Notes under the pieces: model-generated
The model's input: only the letters and a program-made list of their open reading frames with translations
Databases searched by the model: none
What the model was told of the DNA's origin: nothing
Assembly: GCA_035063585.1 (NCBI GenBank)
Contig: JAPSGB010000003.1
Location: forward strand, 1 to 64,000
Direction: 5' to 3'
DNA length: 64,000 nucleotides
Source: Polyangiaceae bacterium
Lineage (GTDB): Bacteria; Myxococcota_A; Polyangia; Polyangiales; Polyangiaceae
Translations under genes and position numbers: made by a program
Part shown: positions 12,736-22,638 of the stretch, one piece after another
Layout: each line of letters opens with the position of its first letter
Position numbering within the stretch: position 1 is the first letter of the stretch

Positions 12736-14088
12736 ATGAATATGCGAAGGCTTTGGCTTACTGGCGGACTCACCTTGGTATTCCTGGGCGCTGCGTGCGG
12801 CAGCGACGATGGAGGAGGCGGGGGCAACACCGGCGGCGCGAGCGGGGGCAACACCGGCGGCGCGAGCGGGGGCAACACCGGCGGCGCGAGCGGGGGCAAC
12901 ACCGGCGGCGCGAGCGGGGGCAACACCGGCGGCGCGAGCGGAACCGGCGGCGGTGGTAGCACGCTCCATGACTGCTCGCCTCCGAGCGGCACGAACACGC
13001 TGAAGTTCACCCAAGTCGCGAGCGGTTACTCGCGGCCGGTGTGGGTCGGCAACGCGCCGGGTAACTCCGAGCGGTTGTTCGTGGTCGAGCAACCGGGGCG
13101 CATCCGCATCATCGACAATGGAGTCAAGGTCGACCAGGCGTTCCTCGACATCGCGTCGGCCAAGGTCGAGAGCGGCGGGAACGAGCAAGGGCTCCTCGGG
13201 CTCGCGTTCCACCCGGGCTACGCGACCAACCGCCGCTTCTACGTGAACTACACGAACAAGGACGGCGACACCGTGATCGCCGAGTACCAGCGGAGCGCTT
13301 CCGAGCCGGATCGAGCCGAGCCGTCGAGCGAGAAGATCCTCATGACGGTGCCTCAGCCGCAGTCGAACCACAACGGCGGCAACCTCCAGTTCGGTCCGGA
13401 TGGGATGCTCTACATCGGGCTCGGGGACGGCGGCGGCGGCGGTGATCAGCACGGAGCGAACGGCAACGGTCAGACGCTCTCCACCCTGCTCGGCAAGATG
13501 CTGCGCATCGACGTCGACGGCTCGACCGGGGGCAAGCCCTACGGGATCCCGAGCGGTAACATGAGCGGACAGAACGTGCTGCCGGAGATCTGGAGCTACG
13601 GGCTCCGCAACCCCTGGCGGTGGTCCTTCGACGTGTGCACCGGCGACCTCTACATCGGCGACGTCGGCCAGAACACCTGGGAGGAAATCGACGTCGAGCC
13701 GGCCGGCACCGGGAGCGGCACCAACTACGGCTGGCGCGTGATGGAGGGGACGCACTGCTATAACCCCGCGTCGGGCTGCGACCAGTCGGGGAAGACGCTC
13801 CCGGTCGCCGAGTACAACCACTCGGAGGGATGCTCGGTGACTGGCGGGTTCGTGTATCGAGGCAAGAACATCCCTGCGCTCCGCGGGGCCTACCTCTACG
13901 CCGATTTCTGCTCGAGCCAGTTCTGGTCGTTCCGCTACTCGGGCGGCGCTGCGACCGGGCTCAAGGAGATCACCTCCGAGTTCACCTCGGGGGACGTCGG
14001 GCAGATATCGTCCTTCGGGCAGGACGCCCACGGCGAGCTCTACGTGACCGACTTCGGCGGTCGCGTGTGGCGCATCGACGCAGGCTGA
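12736..14088 (+). CDS. PQQ-dependent glucose/sorbosone dehydrogenase-family lipoprotein
   Basis: Lipobox LGAAC, Gly-rich linker, EQGLLGLAFHP, NHNGG, GLGDGG, YGLRNPWR, GDVGQ. Confidence 0.9.
   Translation: MNMRRLWLTGGLTLVFLGAACGSDDGGGGGNTGGASGGNTGGASGGNTGGASGGNTGGASGGNTGGASGTGGGGSTLHDCSPPSGTNTLKFTQVASGYSRPVWVGNAPGNSERLFVVEQPGRIRIIDNGVKVDQAFLDIASAKVESGGNEQGLLGLAFHPGYATNRRFYVNYTNKDGDTVIAEYQRSASEPDRAEPSSEKILMTVPQPQSNHNGGNLQFGPDGMLYIGLGDGGGGGDQHGANGNGQTLSTLLGKMLRIDVDGSTGGKPYGIPSGNMSGQNVLPEIWSYGLRNPWRWSFDVCTGDLYIGDVGQNTWEEIDVEPAGTGSGTNYGWRVMEGTHCYNPASGCDQSGKTLPVAEYNHSEGCSVTGGFVYRGKNIPALRGAYLYADFCSSQFWSFRYSGGAATGLKEITSEFTSGDVGQISSFGQDAHGELYVTDFGGRVWRIDAG
12820..12939 (+). repeat. Perfect tandem repeat, 5 x 24 bp (GGNTGGAS)
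   Basis: gggggcaacaccggcggcgcgagc repeated five times identically. Confidence 0.95.
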
Positions 14089-14164
14089 GCCAAGCGAAGC
14101 TCGGCGCGAGCGGTCCCTCGCGGGCGCCGGAGCGGCCGCGAGCTCGCGCGCTCCCGAGGGCGCC

Positions 14165-14380
14165 TCAGCTCGCGGCGATGCTCACCGTGATGGTGATGAG
14201 CGCGATGAACGCCACGTAGAGGACCGCGTGCGCGCGCGCCGCGTGGCGGAGCTCCATGAACTCGACCCCGACCAGGAGCGCCTTCAGCCCGCCGAGCAGG
14301 ATCGCCACCTGGAAGTGCGCGCCGACGACCGAGGCCACCGAGATGCCGACGAGCAGGAGCCAGACGAGGAGGCGAGTCAT
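14165..14380 (-). CDS. norF: NorF-like small membrane protein (cytochrome oxidase subunit IV family)
   Basis: 71 aa, hydrophobic, K..LV..EFMELRHA pattern, last gene of the nor operon, ATGA overlap with norE. Confidence 0.75.
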   Translation of the reverse strand: MTRLLVWLLLVGISVASVVGAHFQVAILLGGLKALLVGVEFMELRHAARAHAVLYVAFIALITITVSIAAS

Positions 14381-14964
14381 GCCTTCACGAAGAAGATGGG
14401 AAAGAGGAAGAACCAGGCGACGTCACAGAGGTGCCAGAAGAGCGCGGAGCCGACGATGGCGGTCTCGGCGTCGGTGAAGTTCGCTCGGCCCACCCGCGCG
14501 GCCACGCCGAAGAGGAGCGCGAGGCCGACCAGGACGTGGAGGAAGTGAAACCCGGTCGCGAGGAGGTAGGCGTCCCAGAAATCACTCGCGCCCAGGCCAT
14601 GGCCGAGCGACGCGTGCTTCGCGTAGTCCGCGATTTTTACCGCCACGAAGCCGACGCCGAGCGCGCCTGCGCCGAGGAAGAGCCGCCGCGCGCCCGCCGC
14701 GTCGGCTCGCCGATAGCGGTGCACCGCCTCGGCCGCGAGCGCGCCGCTCGTCACGAGCAGCACGGTGAGCCCGAGACCGAAGCGGATGTCGAGCGCGGCC
14801 TGCCCCGCGGCGAAGAGCGCCGGGTCGCGGGAGCGCTCGACGGCGACCAGGACGAACACGATCCCGAAGGTGAGCAGCTCGAGCCCCACGACGAGCCAGA
14901 GCAGGACCCCGCCCGGGGGATCCGAGAGGGCGCGCCGCGCCTTGGCTTCGGGTGCGCCGGTCAC
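14377..14964 (-). CDS. norE: NorE (cytochrome oxidase subunit III family)
   Basis: PPGGVLLW...ELLTFG, ATGFHFLHV, FWHLCDVAW. GTG start overlaps the norD stop. Confidence 0.85.
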   Translation of the reverse strand: MTGAPEAKARRALSDPPGGVLLWLVVGLELLTFGIVFVLVAVERSRDPALFAAGQAALDIRFGLGLTVLLVTSGALAAEAVHRYRRADAAGARRLFLGAGALGVGFVAVKIADYAKHASLGHGLGASDFWDAYLLATGFHFLHVLVGLALLFGVAARVGRANFTDAETAIVGSALFWHLCDVAWFFLFPIFFVKA

Positions 14965-16871
14965 GCCGCCCTCAGCGCGGTGCCGGTGACGCGCGCCAGC
15001 ACGTCGACCAGCTCCTCCGGGCGGGTCACCACCGATGCGCGCCCGTGCCCGAACATCGACGGCAGCCAACCCTTGGCCGCCGGGTCGACCGCGAGCGCGT
15101 GGGTCACCACCCCCGCCGACTGTGCGTCGAGCACGGCGCGGCGCACGTCCGCCATGCCGTAACGGCCCTCGTAGCGATCGACGTCGCTCGGCTTGCCGTC
15201 GCTCACGATCAAGAGGAGCTTCTGTCGCGCGCCGCGCGCGAGGAGCTCGGTGGTCGCGTGGCGCACCGCGGGACCGATGCGGGTGAACCCCGCTGGCTCG
15301 AGGCTCACCACCCGCTGGGCGCCGATGGCCCAGGGCTCGTCGAAGCTCCGCGCGACGGCGAAGCGGCAGTCCCGCCGGCTCTGGCTCGAGAACGACGCGA
15401 CGGCCACCTGGTCGACCAGGCCGTCGAGGGCGTCGCCCAGCGCAATGACGGCCTCCTTCTCGACGTCGAGCACCCGGCGGTTCATCACCCAAGCGTCGGT
15501 CGAGAGCGAGGTGTCGAGCAGGAGGAGCACCGCGAGATCGCGGGAGTGCCGTCGGCGAGTCGCGTAGAGGCGTCGCTCGCTGCACTCGCCGGCGCGGAGC
15601 GCGCCGTACCGCGCCACCACCGCGTCGAGGTCGACGTCCGTACCCGCGAGCTGCCGGAGCTTCCAGGCGCGCGCCGACTCGAGCGCTTCGAACACCGCTC
15701 GGAGCCCGAGGGTGGTGCGCGCTAGCCGCGCGCGGAGCTCGCGGAGCGCCTCCTCGGCGCCCGGCGCGACCGGGGTGACCCTCGTCGTGAGCCGGCACCA
15801 CCCGCGTCGCCAGCTCTTTCTCGACTCGTCCCACTCGTCGTAGAGCGCCTCGGCGGGAGAGGTGTCGTCGTCTACCTCGCCCACCGAGCCGTCGAGCAGA
15901 AGCTCGGCACGGTACAGGCTCTTGGCTCGCCGGTGGCTCCGCACGACCTCGCGGAGATCGAGCTCATCGAGGGCCTTCTGGTGAGCGCCGAGCTCGTCGT
16001 CGCCATCGACGCGCTTGCTGCCGCCCTTGTAGGTGTCGAGGGTGTGCACCTTCTCGAAGCTGTGGATGAGCGGGTTCTCGTCGAGGAGCTCGTCGGGCTC
16101 CTCGACGCGGCGAGCGCGCTTCGCGGTGGGCTTCACGGCTTCGCCCGTCGCCTCGGGTAGCGCCTCGGCGTCGTCGCTCCGCGCCCTGAGCGCGCGTGCG
16201 AGCGTCAGGCGTCGCGGGAGCTCGCCCCACAGCGGCACCGGCGGCAGCGGGGCGCGCGTCCGCCACCGACGGCCGGGCGCGCGCGGGAGCGGGGGCCGCT
16301 CGCCTGCGAGCGCGGCGCGAGCGAAGCTCCACGCGGTCTCGGGGAGCTCATCGCTCGGGCGCGCGCCGAGCCCGAGCCTGACCGCAGCCTCGATGGCGAG
16401 CGCGCGAGCGTCGGTGGCGTTCGGCGTCGGGCGAGCCTGCGCGGCGGCGCGCTCGAGCTCCGGGAGCGCCTCGCCGAGCGACGGCCACCGCTCGACGAGG
16501 AGCGCGCGGACCCTTGGAGCGACCACGGCGAGGTCGAGCAGTGGTTCGCCGCTCGGCGGTGGGCGCTCGAGCTCGGCGAGCGTCGCGGACCACGCGAGCC
16601 GCGCGGTGAGCGCGGCGCGGTTCAGCTCGCGGGTCGGCGCGAACTCGACGAACCTCGGGAGCACGAGGGCGCCGCCCTCGACCCCGCCCCCGTCGTCGGC
16701 GATGACGACCTCGAGCGCGGCGCCGGTGAGCAGTCGCGCGAGCGCCTCGAGCCGCTCGCGCTCCGGCTCGACCTCGACGCGCCGCGCGAGGAGCGCCTCG
16801 GGCACGCGCTTTCGTCCGAGGGCCTTCGCGCCGGACCAAACCAAAGAAAATAGCGTCTCATCCCAGGACAC
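14961..16871 (-). CDS. norD: NorD, VWA-domain NO reductase activation protein
   Basis: YDEWD, LLLDTSLSTDAWV (MIDAS), TRIGPAVRH, SDGKPSDVDRYEGRYG. Start (GTG, VSWDETLF) is uncertain. Confidence 0.88.
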   Translation of the reverse strand: MSWDETLFSLVWSGAKALGRKRVPEALLARRVEVEPERERLEALARLLTGAALEVVIADDGGGVEGGALVLPRFVEFAPTRELNRAALTARLAWSATLAELERPPPSGEPLLDLAVVAPRVRALLVERWPSLGEALPELERAAAQARPTPNATDARALAIEAAVRLGLGARPSDELPETAWSFARAALAGERPPLPRAPGRRWRTRAPLPPVPLWGELPRRLTLARALRARSDDAEALPEATGEAVKPTAKRARRVEEPDELLDENPLIHSFEKVHTLDTYKGGSKRVDGDDELGAHQKALDELDLREVVRSHRRAKSLYRAELLLDGSVGEVDDDTSPAEALYDEWDESRKSWRRGWCRLTTRVTPVAPGAEEALRELRARLARTTLGLRAVFEALESARAWKLRQLAGTDVDLDAVVARYGALRAGECSERRLYATRRRHSRDLAVLLLLDTSLSTDAWVMNRRVLDVEKEAVIALGDALDGLVDQVAVASFSSQSRRDCRFAVARSFDEPWAIGAQRVVSLEPAGFTRIGPAVRHATTELLARGARQKLLLIVSDGKPSDVDRYEGRYGMADVRRAVLDAQSAGVVTHALAVDPAAKGWLPSMFGHGRASVVTRPEELVDVLARVTGTALRAA

Positions 16872-16879
16872 GGCGGCAC

Positions 16880-17650
16880 CTAGAACGAGAGATCGACCAG
16901 ATCTCCGAGCGCTTGGGCGGTCGGGGCGTCGTCGGTGAGCGGCTGCACCAGAGTGACCCGGCAGGCGAGCCGGGGCGGGAGCCCCGCGACCATCAGGCGC
17001 GCGGCCATGACCAGCAGGCGCGTGGAGACCGTCTCCGAGAGCGCGAGCGAGTCCTGCGCGCGCACCTTCGCGGCCCACGCCACCAGGCGTTTTGCGAGCT
17101 TCGCGTCGATGCCGGTCTCCCCCTCGAGCACCTCGAGCTCGACCGACTCGGGAGGGTAGCCGAAATCGAGCGTGACGAAGCGCTGGCGCGTCGACGGCTT
17201 GAGCTCCTTCAGCCCGCGGCGATAGCCCGGGTTGAAGGACGCCACCAGCATGAAGTCCGGCGGCGCCGAGAGGACCTCGGCGCTTCGGTCGAGGAAGAGC
17301 TGGCGGCGATGATCGGTGAGGGGGTGGAGGAGCACGACTACGTCTTCGCGAGCCTCGGCGATCTCGTCGAGGTAGAGGAGCGCGCCCTCCTTCACGGCGC
17401 GCGTCGCCGGGCCGTCTTGCCACACGGTGTCGCCGCCGCGCACCAGCCACCGCCCGACGAGATCGGCCGCGCTCGTCTCGTCGTTGCAGGCGACGGTGAT
17501 GAGCGGGCGCGCGAGCGACTCCGCCATGAACTCGACGAAGCGCGATTTCCCGCAGCCGGTCGGGCCCTTGAGCAGCACCGGTAGTCGCTCGCGGTGGGCG
17601 GCGCGGAACACCTCCACCTCGCGAGCGACCGGTCGGTAGAAGCTCGGCAC
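16880..17650 (-). CDS. norQ: NorQ, MoxR/CbbQ AAA+ ATPase
   Basis: LKGPTGCGKSRFVE, WQDGP, LDEIAEAR, NPGY, KPSTRQRF. Confidence 0.95.
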   Translation of the reverse strand: MPSFYRPVAREVEVFRAAHRERLPVLLKGPTGCGKSRFVEFMAESLARPLITVACNDETSAADLVGRWLVRGGDTVWQDGPATRAVKEGALLYLDEIAEAREDVVVLLHPLTDHRRQLFLDRSAEVLSAPPDFMLVASFNPGYRRGLKELKPSTRQRFVTLDFGYPPESVELEVLEGETGIDAKLAKRLVAWAAKVRAQDSLALSETVSTRLLVMAARLMVAGLPPRLACRVTLVQPLTDDAPTAQALGDLVDLSF

Positions 17651-17654
17651 GGAG

Positions 17655-19049
17655 TCAGTGCTCCTCTGCGACCGCGCCGCTCGGAGGACGCTCCTCCGGG
17701 GGCGTCACCAGGAGCGCCTCGCCCGCCTTGGGCTCGGCGGTCGGCAAGCCGTAGCGGATGAAGTTGTAGACGTAGGCGATGATCCCGACCGTGAAGAGCG
17801 AGGCGGCGAGGATGAGCCCCCAGAAGTGCATCTGGATCTCCTTCTGCACCGCCAGAAATTCCATGCCGGCGCGGCGCTCGAGCACCACCTGGGTCACCCC
17901 AGCCACCCCGAAGGCCACCGTCATGGCGATCATGCCGATGTTGGAGGTCCAGAACGCGAAGGCTGCGCTCGGGTGCTCGTAGAGCTTGCGGCCGGTGAGG
18001 AGCGGCATCGCGTAGGTGATGATGCCGAGGACCAGCATCGCGTACGCTCCCCAGAAGGCCATGTGCCCGTGCATCCCGGTCACCAGCGTGCCGTGCGTGT
18101 AGATGTTCACCTGCGGCAGGGTGTGCGCGAACCCGAGGAAGCCCGCGCCCACGAAGCTCATCACCGAGCAGCCGATGGTCCAGGACATGGCCACCGTGTT
18201 CGGGTGACGCCGCCCGCCCTTCCGCGCCATCGCGATCGCGTAGATGGCCATGCCGAGGAACGCGAGCGGCTCGAGCGCGCTGAACACGCCGCCGATGAGC
18301 AGCCAGTACCTGGGAGTGCCGATGAAGTAGTAGTGGTGGCCGGTGCCGAGGATGCCCGAGAGGAAGGTGAAGCCGACGATGACGTACAGCCACTTCTCGA
18401 TGATCTCGCGGTCGACTCCGGTCAGCTTGATGAGGAGGTAGGCGAGGATGCCGCCCATGATGAGCTCCCACACGCCCTCCACCCACAGGTGCACCACCCA
18501 CCAGCGCCAGTAGCTGTCGATCGTCTGATTGTCGGTCGGCAACATGCCCGGCAAGTAGAGCAGGGCCGCGGTCAGGAGGCCGAAGTAGAGCACCATCGAG
18601 GTCGTGCTCTTCTTCTCGCTCTTCCATAACGTCCAGCCGATGTTGGCGACGAAGAGCAGGACGTCGACCACCACCAGGTAGTCGAGGGGGCGCGGGATCT
18701 CGAGGAACTTTCGCCCCTCCCACCAGTTGAAATGAAAGCCGATGATGGCGGTCACGCCGACCACGACCAGCGCGATGAGCTGCACCCACGCCAGGCGAGG
18801 CCATGCGAGCTCGCGGTCACACTCGTCGGGGATGATCCAGTAGGCGGCGCCCATGAAGCCGGCCAAGAGCCACATCACGAGGAGGTTCGTGTGGACCGCG
18901 CGCGCGGCGCTAAATGGGATCCACTGGTGTAGCCCGTCGTGGCCGACGTGGGCGAACGCCATGATGAAGCCGTAGATGAGCTGCAGCGAGAAGAGGAGCA
19001 TGCAGGTCGCGAAGAAGCCCCAGGCGACCTTCTGACTTCGGAATTTCAT
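17655..19049 (-). CDS. norB: Nitric oxide reductase catalytic subunit (cNOR)
   Basis: VHTN, WWVVHLWVEG, GTGHHYY, SALEP, THGT..HGH. Confidence 0.97.
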   Translation of the reverse strand: MKFRSQKVAWGFFATCMLLFSLQLIYGFIMAFAHVGHDGLHQWIPFSAARAVHTNLLVMWLLAGFMGAAYWIIPDECDRELAWPRLAWVQLIALVVVGVTAIIGFHFNWWEGRKFLEIPRPLDYLVVVDVLLFVANIGWTLWKSEKKSTTSMVLYFGLLTAALLYLPGMLPTDNQTIDSYWRWWVVHLWVEGVWELIMGGILAYLLIKLTGVDREIIEKWLYVIVGFTFLSGILGTGHHYYFIGTPRYWLLIGGVFSALEPLAFLGMAIYAIAMARKGGRRHPNTVAMSWTIGCSVMSFVGAGFLGFAHTLPQVNIYTHGTLVTGMHGHMAFWGAYAMLVLGIITYAMPLLTGRKLYEHPSAAFAFWTSNIGMIAMTVAFGVAGVTQVVLERRAGMEFLAVQKEIQMHFWGLILAASLFTVGIIAYVYNFIRYGLPTAEPKAGEALLVTPPEERPPSGAVAEEH

Positions 19050-19747
19050 TGGGCGGTCTCCTTGGCGGTCTTCTTCGCCGAGAGGAACTTGACGAGCTCG
19101 GCGACCTGCGCGTCGTCGAGGCCGAGGTTCGGCATCGCGGTGCCAGGCTTCACTGAAGTCGGATCCTTGATCCAGCGCGTCAGGTAGGCGGCGTCATAGC
19201 GGCTGCCGACGCCGTCGAGCGCGGGCCCGACGTTGCCGCCGCTACCGCCGAGCGAGTGGCACGCGGTGCAGAGCTGCGAGAACACCTCCGGCTGCGGAGC
19301 CTCCGTGGCCGCCTGAGAGTTGCCCGGTAGGATGAGGGTCGGCTTCGCGGGGAAGCCATTGAGGTCCACCTTCCCGCACCACTCGAAGAAGTCGACGAGA
19401 TCGCTGATCTCCCCGTCGCTCAGGTGGTAGTTGGTCATCTTCCGCTCGCCCGGGTACATCCCCTCCGGATCCTTCAGCATCATTCGGATGAAGGTCGGGC
19501 CGCGCCGCTCGTAGACCTTGGTGAGCTCGGGCGCGTAATATGCGCCCTCGCCGAAGAGCGTGTGGCACCCCATGCAGTTGTTGCGCTCCCACGACTCCTT
19601 TCCGCGGGCGACGCTCTCGGTGATCGCGGCCGAGTGGGTCTGCGCCGGGATCTTGCGAAAGGTGTCCCAGGTGAGGCCAATGAAGGCCAGCGAGCAGAGC
19701 GCCGTGCCTCCGAGGAAGAACGCACGGGCTGCGGATTTCGACAGCAT
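19046..19747 (-). CDS. norC: Nitric oxide reductase cytochrome c subunit, di-heme form
   Basis: N-terminal TM helix, CMGCHTLFGEGAYYAPELT, plus a second domain with CTACH...MP. Confidence 0.93.
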   Translation of the reverse strand: MLSKSAARAFFLGGTALCSLAFIGLTWDTFRKIPAQTHSAAITESVARGKESWERNNCMGCHTLFGEGAYYAPELTKVYERRGPTFIRMMLKDPEGMYPGERKMTNYHLSDGEISDLVDFFEWCGKVDLNGFPAKPTLILPGNSQAATEAPQPEVFSQLCTACHSLGGSGGNVGPALDGVGSRYDAAYLTRWIKDPTSVKPGTAMPNLGLDDAQVAELVKFLSAKKTAKETAQ

Positions 19748-19791
19748 GGCGCCGCGCCCTAACAAGAATCGCGCCAGTCCGCGAGCAAAAC

Positions 19792-19805
19792 TTGATCCGG
19801 ATCAG
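19792..19805. promoter_or_regulatory. FNR/DNR/NnrR-type binding site upstream of norC
   Basis: TTGAT-CCGG-ATCAG, one mismatch to TTGAT-N4-ATCAA, centred about 51 bp upstream of the norC ATG. Confidence 0.8.
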
Positions 19806-19854
19806 GTTTTGGCGTCTAGCGGCTGATCGGCCGACCTGCGAGGTGCCGCGTCGC

Positions 19855-20913
19855 TCAGCCCAGCACCCGCTCGAGGAGCCCCCCGAGGCGGACCAGGTCC
19901 GGCTCGTCCTTCAGGCGGTCGAGCGCCGCGCGGACCTTCGCGATGGTGGGCTCGACGAACTCGAGGAAGCTCGGGTTCTGCTTCACCCGATCGATGAACA
20001 CGAAGCGGCCGGCGTCCTTCAGCTTCCGCTGCACGGTGACCAAATCAAACTCGCGTCCTACCTCGCGGCGCCCGGCGGCGTCGAGCCCGCGCGCGCGCGC
20101 GTAGTCGTCGAGGCGGGCCTCGATGAAATCGCGGTCGAAGGTCTGGTAGCTGTCGCCGAGCAGCGCGACGAGATCGTACACGCGCGGGCCGAGCAGGGCG
20201 TCTTGAAAGTCGATCCAGGCGAGCCCGGGTTCTCCGGCAGGGTCGAGCTCCACCATGAGGTTTCGGCTCTGATAGTCACGATGCACGAACCCGCGCGGCC
20301 ACGCGGCGATGCGGCCGGCGAGCCGCTCGGCGAGCTCGTCGAAGAGCGCACGGTCGGCGGGCGTGAGCTCGATGCCGCGCGCCTCGAGGCCCCACTCGCG
20401 GAAGTGTTCGATTTCCCATTTCAGGAGGTCGTGATCGAAGGCGCGCTCGCTCACGATCGACCGTGCGGGCAGCGCCGCGAGCGCCTCCTGGGCGCGCGCG
20501 AGATCCGCGACCGCGCGCTCGTAGAGCCGCTCCCGGTGCGCGGGCACGCGCGCGAGGTAGTTGGCGAGGGTGTCGTCGCCGAGATCCTCGACCAGCACGA
20601 AGCCGTCCTCGCAGGCCTCGCCGACGAGCGCCGGGACGCGCACGCCGCGCTCGGCGAGGAGCTCGCGCACCTCGAGCAGCGGCCAGCGGCGGCCGCCCTC
20701 GTGGGTCTTGCCGATCTCGTCCGGGCGCGCCGCGTCGGGTACGAACATCGCGATCGCGCTCGCGCCCGGCCCGAGCGCGACGCGGAAGAAACGCCGCGTC
20801 GACGCGCCGCCCTCGAGCTCGGTCGCGGAGAGCGGATCGCTGCGGCCGGTGATGCGCTGCACCAGTCGCTCGAGCCGCTCGAGCGGCGCGGGGGCCAGGG
20901 ACGTAGAGGGCAT
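19855..20913 (-). CDS. Phosphotransferase, AmgK (anomeric MurNAc/GlcNAc kinase)-like
   Basis: GGASTRRFFR, VEDLGD, VHRDYQSRNLM, IDFQDALLGP..YDLVALL.D, QRKLKDAGRF. Confidence 0.8.
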   Translation of the reverse strand: MPSTSLAPAPLERLERLVQRITGRSDPLSATELEGGASTRRFFRVALGPGASAIAMFVPDAARPDEIGKTHEGGRRWPLLEVRELLAERGVRVPALVGEACEDGFVLVEDLGDDTLANYLARVPAHRERLYERAVADLARAQEALAALPARSIVSERAFDHDLLKWEIEHFREWGLEARGIELTPADRALFDELAERLAGRIAAWPRGFVHRDYQSRNLMVELDPAGEPGLAWIDFQDALLGPRVYDLVALLGDSYQTFDRDFIEARLDDYARARGLDAAGRREVGREFDLVTVQRKLKDAGRFVFIDRVKQNPSFLEFVEPTIAKVRAALDRLKDEPDLVRLGGLLERVLG

Positions 20914-20963
20914 CTCCCGCCACTACTACCAAGGCGCGGCCGGCTCGGGTAGATCGAGCGCGG

Positions 20964-21602
20964 ATGACGTCGCGATTCGCGCCGCTCGTCGAGCGCGCGC
21001 TCGATGGCCTGGGGGAGCTTGCCGGTCCGGCGCGAGCCACGGGCGTGGCGGACGCCCTCGCGCGGCTCCTCGAGCTGGTGCTCGCCTGGAACGCTCGAAC
21101 GGATCTGACCGCGGCGCGGAGCGACGCGGAGCTCATCGATCTCTACCTAGCGGACGCGCTGGTCCTCGCGTCGGGGCGCGAGCTCTCGTCGGGGCGCCGC
21201 TGGGTCGACGTCGGCAGCGGCGCGGGCGCGCCCGGGCTCGTGCTCGCGCTCTTCGCACCGGAGCTCGAGCTGACGCTGGTCGAGCCGAAGACCCGTCGCG
21301 TCGCGTTCCTCCGCACCGCCGCCGGAGCGCTCGGGCTCGGCAACGTGCGGGTCGAGCGCGCGCGCAGCGACGTCCTCGCGAGCGGCGGGTGGGACGTCGC
21401 TTGCTCGCGCGCCACCCTGCCGCCACCCGAGTGGCTGCGCGAGGGCGCGCGGCTCGCGCGCGAGGCGGTCTGGGTGCTGCTCGCGCGCGGCGAGGCGCCG
21501 AGCCTCGCGGGTTGGCGCCTCGCGCGGGACCTCGACTACCGCTGGCCGCTCGGCGGCGCGCCCCGGCGCGCGGTCGGGTTCCTGCGGGAGCTTGCGCGCT
21601 GA
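20964..21602 (+). CDS. rsmG: 16S rRNA m7G527 methyltransferase
   Basis: WN...LTA, DVGSGAGAPG, LVEP..RRVAFL, SRA. Confidence 0.88.
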   Translation: MTSRFAPLVERALDGLGELAGPARATGVADALARLLELVLAWNARTDLTAARSDAELIDLYLADALVLASGRELSSGRRWVDVGSGAGAPGLVLALFAPELELTLVEPKTRRVAFLRTAAGALGLGNVRVERARSDVLASGGWDVACSRATLPPPEWLREGARLAREAVWVLLARGEAPSLAGWRLARDLDYRWPLGGAPRRAVGFLRELAR

Positions 21603-21815
21603 CGCGGGGAGTCGCGAGGAGCGGGCCCGAGTGTGCCGCGGCTGTCGAGGAGCACGCGCTCGTCCTCGAACGCTCATCCCTGAGGGGAGAGGCACCCGTG
21701 CGCGTGCGTACCCAAGAACAACTCGGGGGTGGTGCCTTTGAACTTTGAATGGCGCATGCCCCAGCGGAGCGCTCGCCGGGCGGCTCGGGGAGCTCCAGTG
21801 GAAAGGAATCAAGAC

Positions 21816-22502
21816 ATGAAAATCAGAAAGCTCATCATCGCTCCTGCGGTCTCGCTCCTCGCTCTCGCGACCGCGTCGGCATATGCACAGGAAGAGGGGG
21901 CCGCGCCGGCTCCTGAGCCGGCAGAGGCGGCCGCGCCGGCTCCTGAGCCGGCAGAGGCGGCCGCGCCGGCGGAGGCGACCGGTGAAGCCGCCGGCGAAGG
22001 CTCGGCTGCACCTCTCAAGCACTTCACTCTGACCGCGAACCCGCTCTCCATCGTGTTGGGCCGGTACAGCATCAACTTCGAGTATATGCTCGCCCGTCAT
22101 CACGGGCTCATCGCGGTGCCCAGCGCCTGGTTCATGAGCGCCGAGAGCGGAGACACGAAGTGGAGTTTCAGGTACCTTGGCGGGGAGCTCGGCTACCACT
22201 TTTACAGCGGCGACCGTGGCGCGAATGGCTTCTTCGTGGGTCCGTCGCTCATCTACATGAACCTGAACACGTCGGTCACCGGCGGCAGCGACGCGGATTC
22301 ATCGGCGAGCTCGTCGACCTACGGTGTGGCCGTCGACGTCGGTGGGCAGCACGTCGCGAGGAACGGCTTCACGATCGGTGGAGGGTTCGGCGTTGCCTAT
22401 ATCAAGACCTCGTCCTCCGCCAGCAGCGGTGACGCGAAGCCCACGGTCACGGTGTCGGGTACGATGCCGCGCTTCCTGTTCACGATCGGCTATTCGTTCT
22501 AG
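21816..22502 (+). CDS. Secreted outer-membrane beta-barrel protein (DUF3575-like)
   Basis: SD-like GAAAGGA, signal peptide ending AYA, AAPAPEPAEA repeats, amphipathic strands, C-terminal IGYSF. Confidence 0.75.
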   Translation: MKIRKLIIAPAVSLLALATASAYAQEEGAAPAPEPAEAAAPAPEPAEAAAPAEATGEAAGEGSAAPLKHFTLTANPLSIVLGRYSINFEYMLARHHGLIAVPSAWFMSAESGDTKWSFRYLGGELGYHFYSGDRGANGFFVGPSLIYMNLNTSVTGGSDADSSASSSTYGVAVDVGGQHVARNGFTIGGGFGVAYIKTSSSASSGDAKPTVTVSGTMPRFLFTIGYSF

Positions 22503-22638
22503 CGACGCACGGCCGAGCCTCATGCGTCGCAGGCGCGCTGACGGACGGCGATCGCCGCGTCAGCCAACCTGCGACGCAGCCTCGCCTCGGGGGCGCGCTC
22601 GCCCCGTCGATTTCGAGCGGCGAGGCGCGGTCAGATGC

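Noticed and set aside
21603..21815. Possible riboswitch or structured leader (AGGCACC/GGTGCCT) upstream of the beta-barrel gene
   Set aside because: No recognisable aptamer consensus; a single stem is insufficient evidence.
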